Positions 59,224 to 64,000 of a DNA stretch of 64,000 nt are shown here, piece after piece. The notes below the pieces were generated by a model that was not told the DNA's origin, ran no database searches, and was given only the letters and a program-made list of their open reading frames with translations. Position 1 is the first letter of the stretch. Each line of letters starts with the position of its first letter. The stretch spans positions 1 through 64,000 of IMG/VR virus record IMGVR_UViG_3300012205_000277. One strand, 5' to 3'. A program made the position numbers and the translations under genes. Source of the stretch: a virus.

Positions 59224-59958
59224 TTTGTTTCCTCCATCAGTCGTATGCATTCCTCAAGGCGCCCGGCGCGCAATAATCGGAGACGCTCACTCGCCGCCGG
59301 GATCGCCATCTCTCCTTTCCATCGTTGTTTGAGAAGCGGAAATCCGCGATGCCAATCGTTGAGCACACAAGCATCGCCGTCCCACGTGGCCTCATCGGCA
59401 CGCTCTAGGGAAAATTCCACACCCAAATAAGCGGAACCTTCATTGAACCAGGTTGAGTCGAGCAGAATATTCTGCGCGTCTGCGTTCCAGGCATGAGGAA
59501 CTGGCAAGGCGGCCCCACCAAAACCGGGCAGCGCATAGCCTTCGACATATTTAAGGTTGTAGATCGCGCCTGCAAAAACGGAATTCCCGTAGCAGTGTTT
59601 TGGAAGGCCGCGATAACCGTCTGGCGGATAAGCCACCGGCTCGTACCAGATCCCATGCTCGATGATGAAGTCGGCGGAACAGGAATAGACAAAGCCATCC
59701 GGCTTCGTCATGCATTCCCGTATCTGTTCGAGGGCACGCAACAAGCGGTTTCGTGCCTGGTTCATTTCTTGACCCATGGGACGGTATGCCAAGTCCTCAA
59801 GAGGAGGACATGCGGGATGGGATATGGTGTCCCGGCTTTAACTGCCTTCATGATCTTGCGCATCCCGTTCTTTCCGAACATCAACTCCATGTCCTTATAG
59901 AAGGCCGCAAGATGCTTGATCGGCACGGTGATATCCAGGGTGACGACGACCTCTGATT

Positions 59959-61461
59959 TCATGCGACCTTCTTCGGCGCGGCCTTTGGCTTGGATTTCTT
60001 TTCGCTGGCTTGTTTGGCCAATTGGGCGAGTGGGACACCAGCTTGTTTTGCTTTAGCATCGAGCAGTTGCGCCTTGTTGGTGCTGCCGCTGTGGAACCAC
60101 AGGTCGGATTCCGCCAGCATGAGCAGATAGAGCCACTGATAAACGGCGTCTGCGGTCAATTTGGCAAGGTTCTTCTTGACTGTGCCGTGATAGTCCTTCC
60201 CGCCATACTTCGCGGCTGCTGGCTGCCATTCCATGGCGTCAGCGAGACTTTTGGCGTGATCGTGGCTGAGTCCTTCGATCGCGTGGCCCAAGATTACGCG
60301 GTAGTCTTTAGTGGCCATCGGGAAGGTATCCGACGCCAGTTCTTTGAATACCAGTGCGCGGCGCCGCAGCTCGATCTTGCGCTTTCGATCGGCCTGCTTT
60401 GATGCATCACTGCGTTTATAGCCCGAGTCAGAAGCATAAGACTGATGCGTCTTGCATTTCTGGTTCGTGCAAATCTTCAATATTTGACCAAGTTTCGCTT
60501 CCTGGTTGTGATTGGCATAGTGGCTGATCTGTTCGACCACCACGCCTTGTTTCGTGTCCGGGCAATTCTTGTCGCCGGCTTTTACCCAGGTCGTCAGGTG
60601 TTTGGCTCTGGAAGATTCATACTGCGAGGCAATGCTCAGCAGGACCGCGTCCTTGTGGGTACCCACCTGAATCTTGATGAAGGCCCGGGTCTTTTCCTCG
60701 AAGCAGGCCGGATCGGTGCAGGTGTCGGCGCTTCGCACGTCTTCAAAAAGCGCCTTGTTGAATCCGGTGCGTTTCGGGCAAGTCACACAGGACCCCGCTT
60801 TGGCTACCAGCTTCGCGTCAGTCGTATCGAATGGAGCCTGCTTCAGCACCAGAAAGAAATGCCGTGCGATTTCATCCGCGAGGTTGCGCGCACTGTCGCC
60901 ACGCTTCAGCCAAGGCACGATTTGTTTCTGCTGCTCCGGCTGGAGCCGCGCGGCCTGGTCGGCATGGCCAACGCCGATTTTGTTTTCGAGAAACAGCTTC
61001 CGGATTGGCTCGATGAGATCCGCGTATTTCAATCGTCGCTGCACATACGCAGTTGACTTCCCTAGCCGTGTTGCGAGCTGCTCCAAGGACAAATTCCCTT
61101 CCTTCTGCAATTGCTGGTAGCCGGTACATTGTTCGAGTGGGTGAATATTTTCCCGTTGATCGTTTTCAAGAACCATCAGTTCGACGGCCTGCTGATCGGT
61201 CATTTCGCGGACGAGTACTGGCACTTCGACCAAGCCAGCATCTTTTGCGGCGAGATATCGCCGATGACCGGAGACGATCTCCAAATGCTTGTAGACCGGG
61301 CCTACGCCATTTTGCACTGGTCTCGCGAGCAAGGGCGTAACGATTCCTTGCTCGCGGATACTGGCAACCAATTCGGTCATGGCCTTCTTATCGAAGAATC
61401 GACGCGGATTGTTTTTTGACTCTTGCAGACTTCCGATTGGCACTTTTTGTAGTTCTGACAT
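59959..61461 (-). CDS. ParB/RepB/Spo0J family protein
   Basis: NPRR.F, L..SI...G...P, IVSGHRRY.AA, EN.QRE...P.E; C..CPKR...C.D..CF. Confidence 0.9.
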   Translation of the reverse strand: MSELQKVPIGSLQESKNNPRRFFDKKAMTELVASIREQGIVTPLLARPVQNGVGPVYKHLEIVSGHRRYLAAKDAGLVEVPVLVREMTDQQAVELMVLENDQRENIHPLEQCTGYQQLQKEGNLSLEQLATRLGKSTAYVQRRLKYADLIEPIRKLFLENKIGVGHADQAARLQPEQQKQIVPWLKRGDSARNLADEIARHFFLVLKQAPFDTTDAKLVAKAGSCVTCPKRTGFNKALFEDVRSADTCTDPACFEEKTRAFIKIQVGTHKDAVLLSIASQYESSRAKHLTTWVKAGDKNCPDTKQGVVVEQISHYANHNQEAKLGQILKICTNQKCKTHQSYASDSGYKRSDASKQADRKRKIELRRRALVFKELASDTFPMATKDYRVILGHAIEGLSHDHAKSLADAMEWQPAAAKYGGKDYHGTVKKNLAKLTADAVYQWLYLLMLAESDLWFHSGSTNKAQLLDAKAKQAGVPLAQLAKQASEKKSKPKAAPKKVA

Positions 61462-62071
61462 TTCGTTTCTCCCTTGCAAAACTTCCAGGCGTCTTGCTGC
61501 CCTTTAAATAACTTTCCCTTGCTTATTGAGGAAGGCTTTCCAAGTGAACCGCGTGCACTCGCATTGGAGGCATTCAAGATGATGCAGGTCTCCGCCATGC
61601 TGTGACCTCTTGTGGCCGCAGCAGCAGAGTTCTTCGATGACCTTTGACCAATCGCGTTTCTTCTTCTTCATCAGGCTAGTTTCCGGCCATTGCGATTGCG
61701 CGCTTGATTGTTCGGGTAGAAAGACGCATTGTGAAATAGGTCCACTTCCGCCCCACTTTCGTGCTGAAAATCTTACCGCCTGCAAGTTGTGGCTTCAGAT
61801 GAATCGCTTTCATTTGGTTTCTCCTTTTTGTTATCGAGCATGTGTTTCGATAAATTCAGCGGCCTTGATGGCCATTGCCCGCCGATCGTCCATCGATACG
61901 GCTGTCTGTGAATGGCTTGGCCCTATCAGCCATCCGGCCCAGAACGCCAGTGCCGGCCCGGCCTCGGAATCAGATACTTCTGGTACTTCTCCGGTAAGCT
62001 GATACTGCCGCAGCCATTCGCTCACTTTCATGTTTGGTACCTCTTAAAATTAGCGGCGGTTCCCGGCCCGC

Positions 62072-62159
62072 GTTTGCCGTTCCTGCCTTGCCGGGCCAAG
62101 GCGGGCCTTTTCGCAACTTTGCCCGCCTCTCCTTCCTTTCCTAGCCTGCCACGGCAAAC
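62072..62159 (-). ncRNA. Pentamer-repeat candidate guide RNA 7
   Basis: ~12 G-initial units between GGCAGG motifs; closed by GTTTGCCGT/ACGGCAAAC. Confidence 0.65.
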
Positions 62160-63230
62160 TTAGGCTGCAATCCCTTCTTTGAAAGCTTTCTTTAGTTGAG
62201 AAAAAACACATTCCGATTCCGCTATATCGGTGCGCATTTCCTTGACCCGCGGCTGAAAAAGTCTTCCACCGGCGCCGACATATAAGAATGTGATTTCGAG
62301 AATTGAACCAATCCTAATTCGAGAATCTTTCCCGTTCAAACTAACGCGGCCAACTTCACGCCATTTGCCTTCGTCGAGCAGTGCGAGTGTCGCGGAATTG
62401 TGACCTTTATGACCCATTCCAATGACCTTGCAACTCGCGCTCTTTAAGAATTTGAATTTCTTGTGTTGGCCGTTCCGACCTGCACGGTAAGGTGCATCTT
62501 TGCATTTGAAGCAGACACCTTCAGCGCGTTTTTTCAGAAGCAATGCTAAGGCGGCTTGCTTTTGTGTCGTTGAAAGCCAGGTATCGACCGTGAATTCCGG
62601 AGCCTTCTCGTCAAGAAGTAGCCAGCGCTTTTCGTAAGGCATGGTTTTGATATTCGTTCCATCGGCAAAGAAAATATCGAAGGCGTAATACTTGTCGCCG
62701 ATGATCTCGCCATCTATGAAAAAAGAATCAAGGGCGATGGCTTTGAGACTGTCGACCAATTCTGCCGGGAGTGCAACTGTTTCACCCTTTTTGTTATAGC
62801 CCACGAAATTGCTGGCCTTTGTCTTTTCAATTTGGCGGCGATGTCCGTCGAGTTTGGTTTGCAGAATATAGCGGTCATCTTTGACTAATGCTTCCGCTTC
62901 TTCTCGCGTGATTTCTTCCAACAACTCGACCGGGAACTGCGTCCGCGTGCTGTTGGCTGGCGGTTCAACTGGTGCGAGCGGTGCCGCGGTGCCAGCTTCC
63001 GCGCCGACGTAGCCCTTGCTTGTTTTTTCGCGGACCAGGCGTTCGTAAATCTTGGTTGCTTCTTCGAGCGAAACTGGCGTTGGCGTCTTAGTCCCCGCGG
63101 TCAAAGTCCCAGCGCGACGACCATATTGAAAAAGCACAACGTATGCAGTACCTTTTTTGACCAACTGAAGCCGATACTCCTTATCCGAGTTCTCTTCGAG
63201 GCTCTTGTAATACAAAATCGTTGCCTTCAT
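62160..63230 (-). CDS. WGR-domain ATP-dependent DNA ligase
   Basis: SDKEY...YGR WGR domain; KLDGHR, DGE, AFD, EG...K, KFKF ligase motifs. Confidence 0.85.
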   Translation of the reverse strand: MKATILYYKSLEENSDKEYRLQLVKKGTAYVVLFQYGRRAGTLTAGTKTPTPVSLEEATKIYERLVREKTSKGYVGAEAGTAAPLAPVEPPANSTRTQFPVELLEEITREEAEALVKDDRYILQTKLDGHRRQIEKTKASNFVGYNKKGETVALPAELVDSLKAIALDSFFIDGEIIGDKYYAFDIFFADGTNIKTMPYEKRWLLLDEKAPEFTVDTWLSTTQKQAALALLLKKRAEGVCFKCKDAPYRAGRNGQHKKFKFLKSASCKVIGMGHKGHNSATLALLDEGKWREVGRVSLNGKDSRIRIGSILEITFLYVGAGGRLFQPRVKEMRTDIAESECVFSQLKKAFKEGIAA

Positions 63231-63459
63231 TTTGATTCTCCCTTTGCATCGGATTCCAGGCTCGATGTTGCCCACAAAAATCGTCAAACTGTCACGTCGA
63301 ACTGTTCCAAGAGGTCGGCGATGGCTTCCTCTTCGGTCGCTCCTTTTCCAATGATTGCCTTCGAATCAGGATCTCCACCATCGATTGTGCCGTCCACATA
63401 GGCTTGCCAGTCGTAGTTGCGCGTTGGAATTGGAGGACAGACGAATACGGTTTTGATGT

Positions 63460-63972
63460 TCATGGTTTCTCCATTCGCAGATAATCTTCGATATCTTCTT
63501 TCGTGACATCGCGGAGGTCGGCGGGCCGGCTTTCGTCATCCCATTTGCGCTGCCTCGCGCCAAGATCATAGCCACCTTCCGATACCCAGCGCTCGTTGTA
63601 TCCAACGGGCCACTTCATGCCTTTGATACTCCAAAGCGAAAATTCATTGGATGTATCCACTAATCTGGATTCGGCTGGAAAAAGTTCGATGGCTTCTTCC
63701 TCCGGGCCGAGCAATTCATTTTTGATTCTCTGGAAGTGCCGCCAATCGCGGCGTGTGCTGCGAGCGTGATCGTGTATGGAGAGTTGAATTACTGTCCCAA
63801 CTTCGATTCCATCCTTGTCGAAGAGTGGTGTCTCGCGTTTGTGAACGGTGTATAAATTGTTTCTGTATATCGATGTCTCTCTCTCATTCTTCTGTTCCAT
63901 GCGCTTTCCCAAGTCTGTGTCCGGGGCTCTGGATACGCCAAAAGCTGGCTGGAGCGGCTCCCATTTGATCAT
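63460..63972 (-). CDS. Conserved phage protein (DUF7694-like)
   Basis: LSI......DW...Q.IKNEL.G.E.EA.E..P..S.LVD..N...LW. Confidence 0.65.
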   Translation of the reverse strand: MIKWEPLQPAFGVSRAPDTDLGKRMEQKNERETSIYRNNLYTVHKRETPLFDKDGIEVGTVIQLSIHDHARSTRRDWRHFQRIKNELLGPEEEAIELFPAESRLVDTSNEFSLWSIKGMKWPVGYNERWVSEGGYDLGARQRKWDDESRPADLRDVTKEDIEDYLRMEKP

Positions 63973-64000
63973 TCGAGTTCCTTTCTCATTTTGGCGCGAA

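Noticed and set aside
9181-62159. CRISPR array or simple microsatellites
   Set aside because: There are no 25-45 nt direct repeats or cas genes; the pentamers vary in an information-bearing way.
1-64000. Genome-wide TAG recoding
   Set aside because: Core genes are intact in the standard code and many end in TAG; only the pth-like gene is interrupted.

Overview
This 64 kb window is part of a tailed dsDNA phage or prophage; no integrase or host genes are visible. Most genes are on the minus strand. From the left it contains: a large signal-peptide-bearing structural protein that the ORF track missed; a glycosylation cluster; capsid, scaffold, protease and gpF head genes; and an intein-containing portal fused to a 2H-phosphoesterase (Acb1-like) domain. 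Replication genes (DnaB, loader, initiator) and a repeat-rich non-coding control region follow, then divergent terS and terL. The right arm carries accessory genes: PurA-like, vWA, ARPP-1, Acb2/Tad1-like, DUF5131, clamp-loader-like ATPase, ParB, WGR-ligase and HNH nucleases. Two systems stand out. (1) At least 6-7 dispersed ~70-120 nt intergenic RNAs are built from G(G)N-NN pentamers ending in GGCAGG, and four have their own sigma70 promoter. Read as NN-x-NN-x, their dinucleotides spell codon positions 1-2 of a variant allele of the neighbouring gene (portal 2H domain, terL, purA, probably DUF5131) or match the RNA's own promoter. They are candidate wobble-skipping guide RNAs aimed at related phages; no effector protein was recognised in this window. 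(2) A PTH2-like peptidyl-tRNA hydrolase gene has an amber TAG at codon 3 and no stop before it runs into a cluster of three CUA-anticodon tRNA or tRNA-like genes, one of them a 53-nt D-armless molecule. All protein calls come from motifs read by eye; no database searches were run.
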